Virus record (IMG/VR): IMGVR_UViG_3300048849_000185
Coordinates: 1 to 27,389 of that record
Strand: one strand, 5' to 3'
Length of the DNA stretch: 27,389 nt
Source: a virus
Taxonomy: Duplodnaviria > Caudoviricetes
The notes under the pieces are model-generated. The model searched no databases and was not told the origin of the DNA. It saw only the letters and a list, made by a program, of their open reading frames with translations. The first letter of the stretch is position 1. Each line of letters begins with the position of its first letter. Position numbers and translations under genes: made by a program. This document shows positions 7,846-17,105 of the stretch, in pieces.

Positions 7846-8109
7846 CTAGGCTCGCCGCTTCCGACCCATAAAACCCTCGACGATAGTTCCAATCGCCTCG
7901 ATGTCAGCGGCGTCGAGATCGTCCATCGCTTCCGGCGGCCACCCGGATAGACGCTGAATCGTGTTCAGAAGCTTGTCGACGTTGCTGCCGTTGTCGTCGC
8001 CCATCGCTCGAAGATCCTTGCCCTTGAGGCGACGGATTTCGATGGTCTTGCGCTCGACGCCCTCGACGAGGACGGACTCTTTCAGCGTGTGCGATACCTT
8101 GGTCGACAA
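7846..8109 (-). CDS. Tail assembly chaperone (gpE / Mu gp41-like)
   Basis: IEIRRLKGKDLRA...LSGWPPEAMDDLDAAD pattern; AGGAG RBS; directly after the tube gene. Confidence 0.88.
   Translation of the reverse strand: MSTKVSHTLKESVLVEGVERKTIEIRRLKGKDLRAMGDDNGSNVDKLLNTIQRLSGWPPEAMDDLDAADIEAIGTIVEGFMGRKRRA
7870..7876 (-). promoter_or_regulatory. Programmed -1 ribosomal frameshift slippery site G-GGT-TTT
   Basis: X-XXY-YYZ heptamer in the gpE frame. The -1 frame (GFYGSEAASLEVVEEMMANI...) is open into the gpE' ORF. Confidence 0.8.
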
Positions 8110-8135
8110 TGCCGACTCCTGTTGTAAGAGACGGC

Positions 8136-8639
8136 CTAGAGGCCGATGTTGGCCCGGTGCTCGGCAAGCTGGTCGACGCCGCCGAACTTACGGATCATGT
8201 TAATGACGTCGATTTCGCAGTGCTCGACGTCGGACTGGCGGTATCGGAAATATTCCAGTTCAGCCGTAAGCGTCTGTACCGCCTTGTTCGCGCCGCGCCA
8301 CTCGCCGAACTCGATGCCGGAGAAGAAGCCGCGCGTGTTGATGACGACAGGCTCGGGCTTCACCACACCTTGAGCCTGTACGGAACCTCGCGCGACCAGG
8401 GGGACAGAAGACCGGCCCATCAGCGAGATGAGGGCCGGCGTCGCGTCCGAGATGATGAAGGTCATGGTCATGGCTTCCATGCCCATTTCGAGCCGCGCCA
8501 CGCCGTCCATGCCGCCCGCGCGATGATCCTCCATCGTGAAGGCCAGCGCAGGCGGCGTCAGCGCGTCGGCCCGGCCCGCGTAGTCTTCGCCGTCGATGTA
8601 GAGGTTGAAATGCTTGAGAAGCCGCGGAAGCCGAGCCAT
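8136..8639 (-). CDS. Major tail tube protein (P2 FII-like)
   Basis: LPRLLKHFNLYIDG, EDHRAGGMDG, EIDVINM...GGVDQLAEHRANIGL motifs; TGATG-coupled to the sheath. Confidence 0.95.
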   Translation of the reverse strand: MARLPRLLKHFNLYIDGEDYAGRADALTPPALAFTMEDHRAGGMDGVARLEMGMEAMTMTFIISDATPALISLMGRSSVPLVARGSVQAQGVVKPEPVVINTRGFFSGIEFGEWRGANKAVQTLTAELEYFRYRQSDVEHCEIDVINMIRKFGGVDQLAEHRANIGL

Positions 8640-9859
8640 CAGACGATATCCTCGAGATAGTCATTGGTGATGCGCGAGCGGAAGATGACGTGCTCGGCCG
8701 GGTAGTACGGCGTGAACTCGACGTTGAACCACACCTTGCCCTCGGCGATGCTGGCCGGGCTGTTCAGGTCTGGGTCCGCGTAGCACCGACCGCCAGCAAT
8801 CGCGCCCATGGCGACGAGGGTGCGGATGTAGGCGTTCACCGACTCCTCGACATCGTCGATGTACGTCTTGGTGATGTTGCGATCGACGGCCCACAGATGC
8901 GCCCGCAGGATGCTGTCGTTGATGATGTCGGCCGTGCGGACGACGTTCAGGAAGGTGTACTTCTCATCCGACGAACAGGTGTGGTTGCCCCACAACCGGT
9001 ATCCGTCCTCGCGGATGATGGTCGTGACGTTCGCCTCGTTAAGAAAGTTGGCGCGGCTGTTGATGTCACCGAGGGCGAAGTCGATCGGGCGAGCCGTGCC
9101 GAGGATGCCGTTGATGTTCTGATTGGACGGGCTCCACCAGAAGCCACGGTCATTGTCGATCTTGGCGATGAGGCCGGCGACGGCGGACGATGCCGGCTCA
9201 TTGACGATGGCCGTACCGCGCTGGACCTTCACAAAGGGGTCCACGACGTAGACGCGCTTGGAGCCCCAATCGCCGGTGTAGGCGATGGCGGCCGCGTCGT
9301 TGGAGTTCGGACCGTCCGCCACAATGATCGCGCGAAGGCGTTCGGCGATACCGACTAGTTCCGACACGACCGGGTTGGCAAGGAAGGTTCCGGAATTGTC
9401 GGGATCTTCCGGGCGGTTGCCGGTAAAGCCAGGCGCAAGAAGGATGCGCGGGGCGACGCCAAGTGCCGACTGTGCGCCGAGGAACGCGTGCACGCCCTGA
9501 TAGGAGCCGTTGGCAGCGCCTCCGAGAATGTTGGCGAGCGTCCCCGCAGCCTGGCCGGCACCGGCTGTCCCCTCCTCGACGCGCACGACAACGATGGCCG
9601 CGCCGATCTGGTCGAGGATGAGGTCGACGGCGTTCGGCAGCGTGCCCAGCCGGGTGCCCGTGAGCGACACGTCGAGCTTCGACGCCTCAAGGCGCGATCC
9701 GGCGATCAACACCGGCTTATTCAGCGGGAATGCGACGGGGTCTGCATCGGGCGCGGTGCCGATGATGCCGATGATGGCCGAGCGAACGGTCCGGATCGGG
9801 CGAGGGCCATCATCGATCTCGATGACCTCGACGCCATGCAGAAAGTCAGTGCCCGCCAT
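8639..9859 (-). CDS. Contractile tail sheath protein (P2 FI-like)
   Basis: FLHGVEVIEIDDGPRPI, PRILLAPGF, GFWWSPSN, GYRLWGN, PAEHVIF motifs. Confidence 0.96.
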   Translation of the reverse strand: MAGTDFLHGVEVIEIDDGPRPIRTVRSAIIGIIGTAPDADPVAFPLNKPVLIAGSRLEASKLDVSLTGTRLGTLPNAVDLILDQIGAAIVVVRVEEGTAGAGQAAGTLANILGGAANGSYQGVHAFLGAQSALGVAPRILLAPGFTGNRPEDPDNSGTFLANPVVSELVGIAERLRAIIVADGPNSNDAAAIAYTGDWGSKRVYVVDPFVKVQRGTAIVNEPASSAVAGLIAKIDNDRGFWWSPSNQNINGILGTARPIDFALGDINSRANFLNEANVTTIIREDGYRLWGNHTCSSDEKYTFLNVVRTADIINDSILRAHLWAVDRNITKTYIDDVEESVNAYIRTLVAMGAIAGGRCYADPDLNSPASIAEGKVWFNVEFTPYYPAEHVIFRSRITNDYLEDIV

Positions 9860-9901
9860 GTCGGCCCCCGGTTTACGCGCGTTGACACGGTATAACCGGG
9901 A

Positions 9902-9922
9902 GATTGCAAATCGTCATCGCCT
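9902..9922 (-). promoter_or_regulatory. Putative late-promoter/activator motif, copy upstream of sheath gene
   Basis: AGGCGATGAC-GATTT-GCAATC in the 78-bp intergenic region. TATACC lies 17 nt after ATGACG. Confidence 0.5.
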
Positions 9923-9937
9923 TATCCCGCGAGGTGG

Positions 9938-10240
9938 CTAGCGCGGCGGCGTGTCTTTGGCCCGTTCTACCCCCTTGGCCTGATCGTACAACCGCCCGCC
10001 GAAGACGCGGACAGCGAGCCACATGACGCCGCCGATCACCGCGGACCCTGCGGCTGCGACCGCCGCGATGACGGGATTGTCGGCGGCCATCGCCGGCAGC
10101 GAGTGCGTGACGCACGACCAAAGCCGGTCGTCGGCAACGAGGCGGCCGATCTGCTCGGCATAGCCGAGGTCATGGTTGGCGCAGCAAGCGGCCCACCACC
10201 CTTCGATGAAGGCGGTGCAGTGGTCTACGGCGGCGGGCAT
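9938..10240 (-). CDS. Phospholipase A2-like / DUF1353-like small protein (100 aa)
   Basis: CCxxHDxxY, RxxADxxLxxC and MxxAVRxFG motifs; hydrophobic C-terminal helix; starts 2 nt after the upstream stop. Confidence 0.65.
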   Translation of the reverse strand: MPAAVDHCTAFIEGWWAACCANHDLGYAEQIGRLVADDRLWSCVTHSLPAMAADNPVIAAVAAAGSAVIGGVMWLAVRVFGGRLYDQAKGVERAKDTPPR

Positions 10241-10242
10241 CG

Positions 10243-10746
10243 TTAGGTCGGCAGTCCCGCCGCGATCTGCTCGCGACGCTCGCCCGTTAGGATCTCGACG
10301 CCGACAAGGAGATCAAGGCCCAACAGATTGCGCGGGTCCTCAAGGTCGACCGTCGTCAGGTGCGGGTCCTTCAGCCGGTCGAAGAACACGCCGACGACCT
10401 TGCGAAGCGTCGCGATATACGCCGAGTCCTCGGCGTCGACCGTCGCCGCAAAGTCGACGACCGCCACTTCCTCGAAGGCCGAGAAGCTGTTGCGGAACTC
10501 GGCGGGCGTCAGCTTGAGCCGGCGCGGGGGCGCAGGCGGCTCGGCGGGCTCGGCGGGCTGGCCGTCGCCTGCGCTCACCACCGAGCGCGTTGGGTCCGGC
10601 GTGAAGACGCCCGTTGCGGGATCGAAGGTCGATCCTTGTTCGGTATCAGCCGGGCATTCGACCCAGACAAATTCCGGCGGGTAGAGCCCCGCCGGGTTGA
10701 AGTCGATAATCTCGGCGACGGCGCCATTCTCGATACGAGCAAACAT
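10243..10746 (-). CDS. Tail fibre assembly/chaperone-like protein (167 aa)
   Basis: GAGGAG RBS before ATG 10746 (MFARIENGAVAEIID...WVECP); C-terminal LTPAEFR..F...E / VDL.D...GL..LV...ILT.ER.EQI pattern; follows the fibre gene. The track's longer start overlaps the fibre gene. Confidence 0.75.
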   Translation of the reverse strand: MFARIENGAVAEIIDFNPAGLYPPEFVWVECPADTEQGSTFDPATGVFTPDPTRSVVSAGDGQPAEPAEPPAPPRRLKLTPAEFRNSFSAFEEVAVVDFAATVDAEDSAYIATLRKVVGVFFDRLKDPHLTTVDLEDPRNLLGLDLLVGVEILTGERREQIAAGLPT

Positions 10747-10756
10747 GGTGATCTCC

Positions 10757-11944
10757 TCAGTACCAGATGATGACGCAGCCGTTGCCGCCGGGAATGCCGT
10801 ATAGGGTTGCGGGGATAGTCGGGGATGACTGCCGGGGGGACAGAAAGCCGCCGCTACCGCCGCCGACCCCTGGCAGAGCGCCGAAGGGAATGTTCCTAGC
10901 AGAGTCAGCGACCCGATAGCCCGGCCCACCCCCGCCAAAACCCGCCTTTGCACACGTAACACTCGTTGGATCGCCAGAGCGGGTGCTGGCACCTGCCCCG
11001 AGTCCTCCGGGCCAAGGGATGATCAAGCCTGAGGACTGCTGATACCAACCGGACGGGCTCGTGGAATATAGATCCTCGATGTCCCACCACGGCGTCAGGA
11101 TCGGAACGTCCGCTTCGTTGATATAGGTGCTGCCGCTAGGCCCTGTCATCACGCGCATGGTTCCCGTTCCGAACGGGGCAAGGAAAATGCTGCTGGCCGG
11201 GTTGCTGAACATTGCAGCGCCTTCGCCTGCGCCCAAGGGTGTCCCGCCGCAAAGGACGACTGTTCCTTGTGCAGCCGCGGCAAGAATGGGGGCGTTGTTG
11301 CCCCAAGCGCCACCGGCTCCGTTGGCCAAATACCCCGGGCTGAGCACAGTCGAGATAGCAGGGGTGCCGTCGCCTCCTGTTCCGAAAGGAGACCCCGATG
11401 CACCGCCGCCCGCTGGCCCCCGGTTGGCATGAGAATTAGCCTCCGAAGTCAATGTTGCGCCGCCCCTGCCGCCGGCAGCGCTAGCATCGCCGCCGCTGCC
11501 GACGCCACCTGTTGCTGGCGCACCGGGTGTCAAAGACGCGCCTGCGCCGCCTGTCGCGGTCAAGGTCGACCCCGAAAAAACAGCGGTGCTGGTGCCGCCA
11601 GCGACCCCGGCGACGGAAGTAATCGTGCTGTTTGGATTTGCGCCAGAAGGGGCCGGACCTCCAAGCCCGACAACGCCTGAGATCGTGCCGCCGTTTATGT
11701 TCCTGAAGCGCTTGCGCGCAAAACCGCCGCCCGCGCCGCCGCCAGGAGTGACGTAATTGTTATTATCTGCGGCGACCAAGACGCCGGACCCACCGCCACC
11801 GAACACAGCAACGTCGCACTCTGTTACGTCGGTGGGCAGGGCAAAGCTATAAGCCCCTGTCGTGTCGATGATCTTCCGCCTTGCGAAGCCGTTAGAAGTC
11901 GGCGCGCGACCGATGATCGCCGGTGCTGCGAGATTGCGACCCAT
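10757..11944 (-). CDS. Glycine-rich tail fibre / receptor-binding protein (395 aa)
   Basis: VAVFGGGGSG, GGGAGGGFA, GGNGCVIIWY termini typical of phage Gly-rich fibre domains; position after the baseplate genes. Confidence 0.75.
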   Translation of the reverse strand: MGRNLAAPAIIGRAPTSNGFARRKIIDTTGAYSFALPTDVTECDVAVFGGGGSGVLVAADNNNYVTPGGGAGGGFARKRFRNINGGTISGVVGLGGPAPSGANPNSTITSVAGVAGGTSTAVFSGSTLTATGGAGASLTPGAPATGGVGSGGDASAAGGRGGATLTSEANSHANRGPAGGGASGSPFGTGGDGTPAISTVLSPGYLANGAGGAWGNNAPILAAAAQGTVVLCGGTPLGAGEGAAMFSNPASSIFLAPFGTGTMRVMTGPSGSTYINEADVPILTPWWDIEDLYSTSPSGWYQQSSGLIIPWPGGLGAGASTRSGDPTSVTCAKAGFGGGGPGYRVADSARNIPFGALPGVGGGSGGFLSPRQSSPTIPATLYGIPGGNGCVIIWY

Positions 11945-11949
11945 CGCCG

Positions 11950-12270
11950 TTACTCCTCAATTCCATAGACAGCGACGGACGCGGCATTCGCCACGTCGGC
12001 TTGAACCCAGACCTTGCAGTCGGCGGGCAAGGTGATGCCGGTGCGCTCCAGCACGCCGCCGATCGGCAGTGTGACGAGCGATTCGATTGTGTGAGCCGGC
12101 AGCACGTTCGCGGCACCTACGACGGTTCCCGTCGTCAGGGCGACTTTGACCTTGCACGCGGCAATGCCGGCCACATTGATCGAGAACGTGCTCGTTTTGC
12201 CGGTCGTGACGGCGTGGACTTGCGTCCATGTGTTCGCGGTCGCGATAAGCGCGAAGACGGGAAGCGCCAT
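11950..12270 (-). CDS. Hypothetical beta-rich tail fibre module protein (106 aa)
   Basis: GGAG RBS; abuts the upstream stop; VLERTGITL...VWVQAD....VAVYGIEE pattern. Confidence 0.75.
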   Translation of the reverse strand: MALPVFALIATANTWTQVHAVTTGKTSTFSINVAGIAACKVKVALTTGTVVGAANVLPAHTIESLVTLPIGGVLERTGITLPADCKVWVQADVANAASVAVYGIEE

Positions 12271-12699
12271 TTATGAGGCTCCGAAAAAGAGGGACGCGAC
12301 CGTGATTTTCTTCATGTTCGCGAGCTGAAGTTGCATCGCGACAACCGCGGCCTGGACGGTGCCCGAAAGCGGCGTCCGCATCTGGATGCCGTCTGCGTAA
12401 ACACCGCCGGAAATTAGCTCGATGTACGCGTCTGAAACCGCCAGAAACTGCGCCTCGAGAGCGACTAGGTCGGCCCGGCGCGCGTCGATTTCGTCTGTAA
12501 TGGACGCCGAAATGACGGTCAGCGCCTGCTCGGTCAGATAGTCAATCGTCTCTTGTAAGTCAGTTCGCTGCGCTTCCAGCTCGCGCAATCGCTGGCCGAC
12601 GCTCGCAAATACAGCATCCCACACCTCGCGGCTAAGGAGCATGTCGACCGGCGCGAGATAATCGCTTTCCGGCTCCGGGATACTAGGTGAGATTGGCAT
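12271..12699 (-). CDS. Hypothetical coiled-coil tail fibre module protein (142 aa)
   Basis: GGGAGG RBS before ATG 12699, preferred over 12720; heptad-like helix QRLRELEAQRTDLQETIDYL. Confidence 0.72.
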   Translation of the reverse strand: MPISPSIPEPESDYLAPVDMLLSREVWDAVFASVGQRLRELEAQRTDLQETIDYLTEQALTVISASITDEIDARRADLVALEAQFLAVSDAYIELISGGVYADGIQMRTPLSGTVQAAVVAMQLQLANMKKITVASLFFGAS

Positions 12700-12859
12700 C
12701 AGCGATGACCTCCCACCCATTTTTACTTGTGATTTCCAGCAGGACGGCGCCAGTCATCGTGTGCTTGTCGCGCGGCAGCATCTTGAAGGGGCCGCGCATG
12801 ATAGGCTTGGCAAGGTCAACGCGATATTCAGCAGCGTGATCAATTTGGAACATGTCCAT
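12683..12859 (-). CDS. Hypothetical protein (58 aa), below the ORF-track cutoff
   Basis: AGGAG RBS, ATG 12859. Manual translation MDMFQIDHAAEYRVDLAKPIMRGPFKMLPRDKHTMTGAVLLEITSKNGWEVIADANLT; fills the gap between its neighbours. Confidence 0.7.
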   Translation of the reverse strand: MDMFQIDHAAEYRVDLAKPIMRGPFKMLPRDKHTMTGAVLLEITSKNGWEVIADANLT

Positions 12860-12870
12860 GCAGGCCGCTC

Positions 12871-15228
12871 CTAAAGCGCGAAGAGGGAGACGTTTTCGAC
12901 GAATGGCACGGCCTGTGTGGTCGTCGTCGCCATGTCGATCTGCAGCCGCGCCGAGGGCGTGGATGGCACCGTGAAGGTTGCCGTAAGCAGGCGGCGCGTC
13001 ACCTTGGATAGGTCGCGCGCCATCGATACGGTGCCAGCCGTGTAGGTTGTGCTGCCGATGACGATCTTGGGAACCGCCGTGTGGTAAAGCTCGTCAAACT
13101 GGTCAAGCGTCACTTCCACCAAAATCGACGTGGTCGAATAGCCGAAGTTGAGCACTTTGCTGATGGCGCGGGCATCGCCGCGGGGACGCCGCGTCAGGCC
13201 GCGGGCCTTCGTATTCAGGATGATCGCAGGCGCAATGCCGTTGGTCCCGATCAGCGTCAGGCGAAGCTGACACAGGGCCGGTAGGCCGCGAAGCGGGTTC
13301 GGGTTTTCCGCCGTCTCCGCTGCAAGCTGGGACCAGTTGTCGGAACCAGACGGCTTGACCTCCCACATCATGGAAGTGCCTTCCGGCGCCCACGACTCGT
13401 AAATGAGCTTGATCTCGGTCATGCCGTTTTCGAGCGTCAGCGGGTCGAACTCGACCGTGGCACGATTGACGGTGAAGTCGGCTGCGTTGAGACGGAAGCA
13501 GAAGTCCTCCTCCTGCGAGCCGCCAAACCACGCGCCGTCCGTCGAGTAGAACAGCGTGCCTTGGGTGAAGGCCGAGCCGGTGACCGTGTGCAGCGAGTAG
13601 TTGCCCGTGGTGACGGACACCCAGGCGTAGCGCTTGCCGGGCGCGAGATAGCGCGGGACGAACGGGAAGCGGGCCCAGCCCTTGGCAATCGCCGAAGGCT
13701 GCAAGGTGGACTGCGCGATCACGCGCTCGAACATCGGCGTGCCGACGTTCGACACCTCGCAGAGAAACAGCGTCACCGCTCCATCGGTATCGACCCGGTC
13801 AAATTTCAGCTCGACCGAGGTCAGCACCATCGGCTGGGTCAAGAGGAACGTCTGCGCGTAGACACTGCCGTTGATCCCGAAATTCTCGGTGACGTAGTCC
13901 CAGTATGTCTCGGTCCAGCTGGAAACCTCGACTGAGCGTGCGGCATAGATCTGGCGGTTGCCGCTCTCCGTCACCTGGCTGTTGTGCACGATGACGTCGT
14001 TAGCGCCGTAAGCCGAGCCGTGGATGGCGCTGAAGATCGACGTGTCGATTGCAGCGCCGGCAAAGCTGGCGTCAATGACGCCGATCTTTTCAAACGTCTC
14101 CCCGGAAGCTTGAAACGTCTGCCCCTCGCGCGCCGTGCCGATCTGGGCCCACTCGGCAACGTTGTCGCACATGGCGACGGTCGGGCCGTAGTTGACCGAG
14201 GAACGCGCCACCTGCCGCGCAACCGCTGTAGTGACGGTGTGCACCTGTTGGCTGATGTTCTTCGTCGCGCCGGCGCCATCGACTTCGACGCGCACCTTTT
14301 CTGTCCACGCGGGCATCAGCACGTCTTGCTCGATGCGGATGCCCGCCTGACCAGGGTTCAGCACCTCCAGGCGCTCGTCTCTCTCGGCGGCGAAGGCGAA
14401 ACGAATGCCCTCGGCGACCCGTGCCAGCCACAGGGCGTTGTCGAGCGCCCACTGGTCCTTCACCAGACCCGGATCGTAGAAATAACCGCGGGCTTCGTCG
14501 GGCAGGTTCAGAAGGCGCCTGGTGCGCGATGCGTCGCGCTGCAGCTGGCGGATCGTCTCGGGACGCGGAATGTCCTTGAGCCGCGCCTGCAGGTTAGCCA
14601 GGTCGGTGGACAGGGTCGTGGTCCGCTGGAACGCGATGACCATCTGCGCTTCGAGCACCGTCACACGGCCCTCGACCTCGAACAGCGTCTTCACCCGGTC
14701 GTCGTTGTTACTCTCGATCGAGACGATGCCGGTGCTGGCCAACCGAATGAAGCAGACGCAGCAGTTGTTGTCGGCGACGACAGGCTTGATAGGCGTCGGC
14801 GACGACAGGCCCTGCTGCACCACGAACTCGACCGAGCGGCGGTCGATCTTCGGGACCGGCGTCAGGACGGTTTCGCCGGTGTCGACGTCCGTCTCGACAA
14901 AACGCTGTTGGTCAACGATCTCGGAGACGCCGCGCGCCAGGATCGCGACATAGCGCTCGTCGCCTACCACGATCGGCAGATGCACCTGCATGTCGATGTT
15001 GGCCGGGGTATCGAGGTCATAGAAGACGTTGTCGGCAAAGTACCGGCCTTCGTTCACCCGCACCGTCACCGAGGACGGCGTCGACACGGTGAAGTCGGCC
15101 CAATGGTTGGGGTAGCCGATCGCGCCGCCGACAATTGCCTCGTCGCCTTCGCGTGCGGCAAGGCTGACGGCTTCGAAGTCGGCGGACTCGGCAACTTCGG
15201 CATCGGTGAAACGGGTGACCTTTGTCAT
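12871..15228 (-). CDS. Large baseplate/tail fibre-associated protein, DUF4815-like (785 aa)
   Basis: AAGGA RBS; directly after gpI; YAQTFLLTQPMVLTSVELKF and YLAPGKRYAWV beta-sandwich motifs. Confidence 0.7.
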   Translation of the reverse strand: MTKVTRFTDAEVAESADFEAVSLAAREGDEAIVGGAIGYPNHWADFTVSTPSSVTVRVNEGRYFADNVFYDLDTPANIDMQVHLPIVVGDERYVAILARGVSEIVDQQRFVETDVDTGETVLTPVPKIDRRSVEFVVQQGLSSPTPIKPVVADNNCCVCFIRLASTGIVSIESNNDDRVKTLFEVEGRVTVLEAQMVIAFQRTTTLSTDLANLQARLKDIPRPETIRQLQRDASRTRRLLNLPDEARGYFYDPGLVKDQWALDNALWLARVAEGIRFAFAAERDERLEVLNPGQAGIRIEQDVLMPAWTEKVRVEVDGAGATKNISQQVHTVTTAVARQVARSSVNYGPTVAMCDNVAEWAQIGTAREGQTFQASGETFEKIGVIDASFAGAAIDTSIFSAIHGSAYGANDVIVHNSQVTESGNRQIYAARSVEVSSWTETYWDYVTENFGINGSVYAQTFLLTQPMVLTSVELKFDRVDTDGAVTLFLCEVSNVGTPMFERVIAQSTLQPSAIAKGWARFPFVPRYLAPGKRYAWVSVTTGNYSLHTVTGSAFTQGTLFYSTDGAWFGGSQEEDFCFRLNAADFTVNRATVEFDPLTLENGMTEIKLIYESWAPEGTSMMWEVKPSGSDNWSQLAAETAENPNPLRGLPALCQLRLTLIGTNGIAPAIILNTKARGLTRRPRGDARAISKVLNFGYSTTSILVEVTLDQFDELYHTAVPKIVIGSTTYTAGTVSMARDLSKVTRRLLTATFTVPSTPSARLQIDMATTTTQAVPFVENVSLFAL

Positions 15229-15236
15229 GGCGGTCC

Positions 15237-15875
15237 TTACAGACGAATTCGGTCGAGGTACTGCCCGAGGCGGTAGGTGCCATCGAGCGGCACGCCATCG
15301 GACAGGCGGATGTGGCGCACGTGCGCGAAGTCGGCGCGGAAGTCGGTTTCCGGCGCCTTCGCGACCTTGAGCGCTTCGAGACAGCGGCGGATGCGTTCGC
15401 GTGATGGCGTGCGCAGCACGGCGCGCCCGAGAACGCGGCGACCGACAACGAGGGACCGCGCCGGCTTGTGAGTCTCCACCTTGATGAGGTGACGGGCGGC
15501 GAAGGCGGGATGCCCGATTGGCGTGCGACCGACCGGCGACCGGCCTATGACGAACGGGCGTGGATAAGAGATTTTATCCAGCAGAATGCCGTCAACAAAT
15601 GCCAGGAAGGCGGCCGAGGCCGCTCGCGTGCCTTTCAGCGTCGCAAGCTCCGTTGCCATCTCGACCATGAGGCGCTTGCGTGCGACCGGCCAGTCTTCGA
15701 ACCAGAGATCCACGCTCTCATGAGCCGCCAGGAATGGTAACCACTCGACGGGAGTCGTGGCCGCGTTCACGATGTCGCGGAGCGGCAACGGGATGTCGGC
15801 GCTCATGACATCGGCGAGCGCCTTTTCGGTGGGCGTCGAATTCGTCGGCAGGTATCTGTCGGCAGTGAGCATCAT
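15237..15875 (-). CDS. P2 gpI-like baseplate/tail protein
   Basis: LPTNSTPTEKAL, TPVEWLPFLA...VDLW..DWP..RKR, LKGTRA motifs; ATGA-coupled start at 15875. Confidence 0.9.
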   Translation of the reverse strand: MMLTADRYLPTNSTPTEKALADVMSADIPLPLRDIVNAATTPVEWLPFLAAHESVDLWFEDWPVARKRLMVEMATELATLKGTRAASAAFLAFVDGILLDKISYPRPFVIGRSPVGRTPIGHPAFAARHLIKVETHKPARSLVVGRRVLGRAVLRTPSRERIRRCLEALKVAKAPETDFRADFAHVRHIRLSDGVPLDGTYRLGQYLDRIRL

Positions 15876-16753
15876 GGCCGCACCTCGACCGCCACGCTGA
15901 TGGCCGTGCACACTGGAACCACGTACGGGTCGGCGACGATCGTCACCGGCGCCAGGTCTCGCACTTTGATGATGTTCGGGCCGTACGCGGCGCCGGAAAG
16001 GAGGTCTTCTGGCACTTCGCCGCCGATGATCGTGCGCGCGTTCGCCGCCGCGCGGACCCGAGCCCCGCATTCGAGGCGAACAAGGGCCGCATCCGGCCCT
16101 TTCGGGACCTCAATGACTAAACTGGCGGTGTATTCGCGCCGGGTGGCGGCCAAAACCGTCACGCGGACCGCTTCGGGCTGCACACCTGGCGCCAAAACAG
16201 CCGCGTGTACCGCCGCAAGCTCTTCTGCTGTCGGATTCCGCCCCGCCGGACCAGAAATAACGATGTCCGTGTCGCCGCGACGGCCATGCACAGCACGTCC
16301 GACAACCGAAGCGTCCCCCGCCTCGGGAAAAACGGTGAAAACCTCATACAGGTACCGGCTCGCCGACCCTGCAGAGGGGCGATCGAACGACAGGAGGTAG
16401 CGGCGCAGCAGGTTCGCGTCGCTTTCCATGACGGCCGGGACAACATCGGTCGCAGGTACAAGGATCAGTCGGGCTACGCCCTGCCGGGCGGCGACATTGT
16501 CGAGGTCGGCGCCCTTCGCGAAGGGGGAAAGGACAGCGCGCACAGCGTCGTTGACGCGTTGGCGCATGATATACTCGCGCCAGTCGACGGCCTGAATAAG
16601 CTTGAGGACCATGTCGCTCTCAAGCACCGCCGTGAATGCGGGATAGCGAGCACGAAAGTCAGCGAGCGTCTCGGCATAAATCAGCTCAACGTCGAGCGAC
16701 TCGACGGCGTCGGGCGCCGGCAGCTGCGATAGATCAATGGTGGTCAGACTCAT
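15872..16753 (-). CDS. Baseplate J / gp47-like protein
   Basis: IDLSQLPAPDAVESLD, RQRVNDA...FAKGADLD, ESDANLLRR motifs. Confidence 0.93.
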   Translation of the reverse strand: MSLTTIDLSQLPAPDAVESLDVELIYAETLADFRARYPAFTAVLESDMVLKLIQAVDWREYIMRQRVNDAVRAVLSPFAKGADLDNVAARQGVARLILVPATDVVPAVMESDANLLRRYLLSFDRPSAGSASRYLYEVFTVFPEAGDASVVGRAVHGRRGDTDIVISGPAGRNPTAEELAAVHAAVLAPGVQPEAVRVTVLAATRREYTASLVIEVPKGPDAALVRLECGARVRAAANARTIIGGEVPEDLLSGAAYGPNIIKVRDLAPVTIVADPYVVPVCTAISVAVEVRP

Positions 16754-17091
16754 CGAATGACGATCCCTTCCAACGAGATGACCTTGCCATCGGGCAAATA
16801 TTCCGCTGTCATCGAAAGCTCAACGCGACCGGATGAGCGTGACAAAACGTCAACGTCAAGAACGCGCAGACGCGGCTCGTAACCGTAGAGCGCCTGTGCC
16901 GTCTCGATATACAGGTCGACGCGCAGTTCATCGTCTATTGGCCGATCGACGAGGTTCGGGATATTCGACCCATAGTCGCGTCGCATCACCCGCGATCCCT
17001 TCCGGGTCGTGAGGATGTCTCTGACGGATTGCAGCAAATGGGAGAAGCCTTCGAGGGGCTGTCCGGTATCGCGGTTTATGCCAAGCGCCAT
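16750..17091 (-). CDS. Baseplate wedge gpW/gp25 family protein
   Basis: GINRDTG...HLLQSVRDILTTRKGSRVMRRDYGS...EPR; strong GAGGAGGG RBS. Confidence 0.95.
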   Translation of the reverse strand: MALGINRDTGQPLEGFSHLLQSVRDILTTRKGSRVMRRDYGSNIPNLVDRPIDDELRVDLYIETAQALYGYEPRLRVLDVDVLSRSSGRVELSMTAEYLPDGKVISLEGIVIR

Positions 17092-17105
17092 CGTTCCCCT
17101 CCTCT

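Noticed and set aside
10537-10561. Short tandem repeat GGCTCGGCG
   Set aside because: Encodes a PAEPAEP linker in the fibre chaperone; too short to be an array.
10757-11944. Diversity-generating retroelement or invertible fibre cassette
   Set aside because: No reverse transcriptase, invertase, template repeat or inverted second fibre gene is visible in the window.
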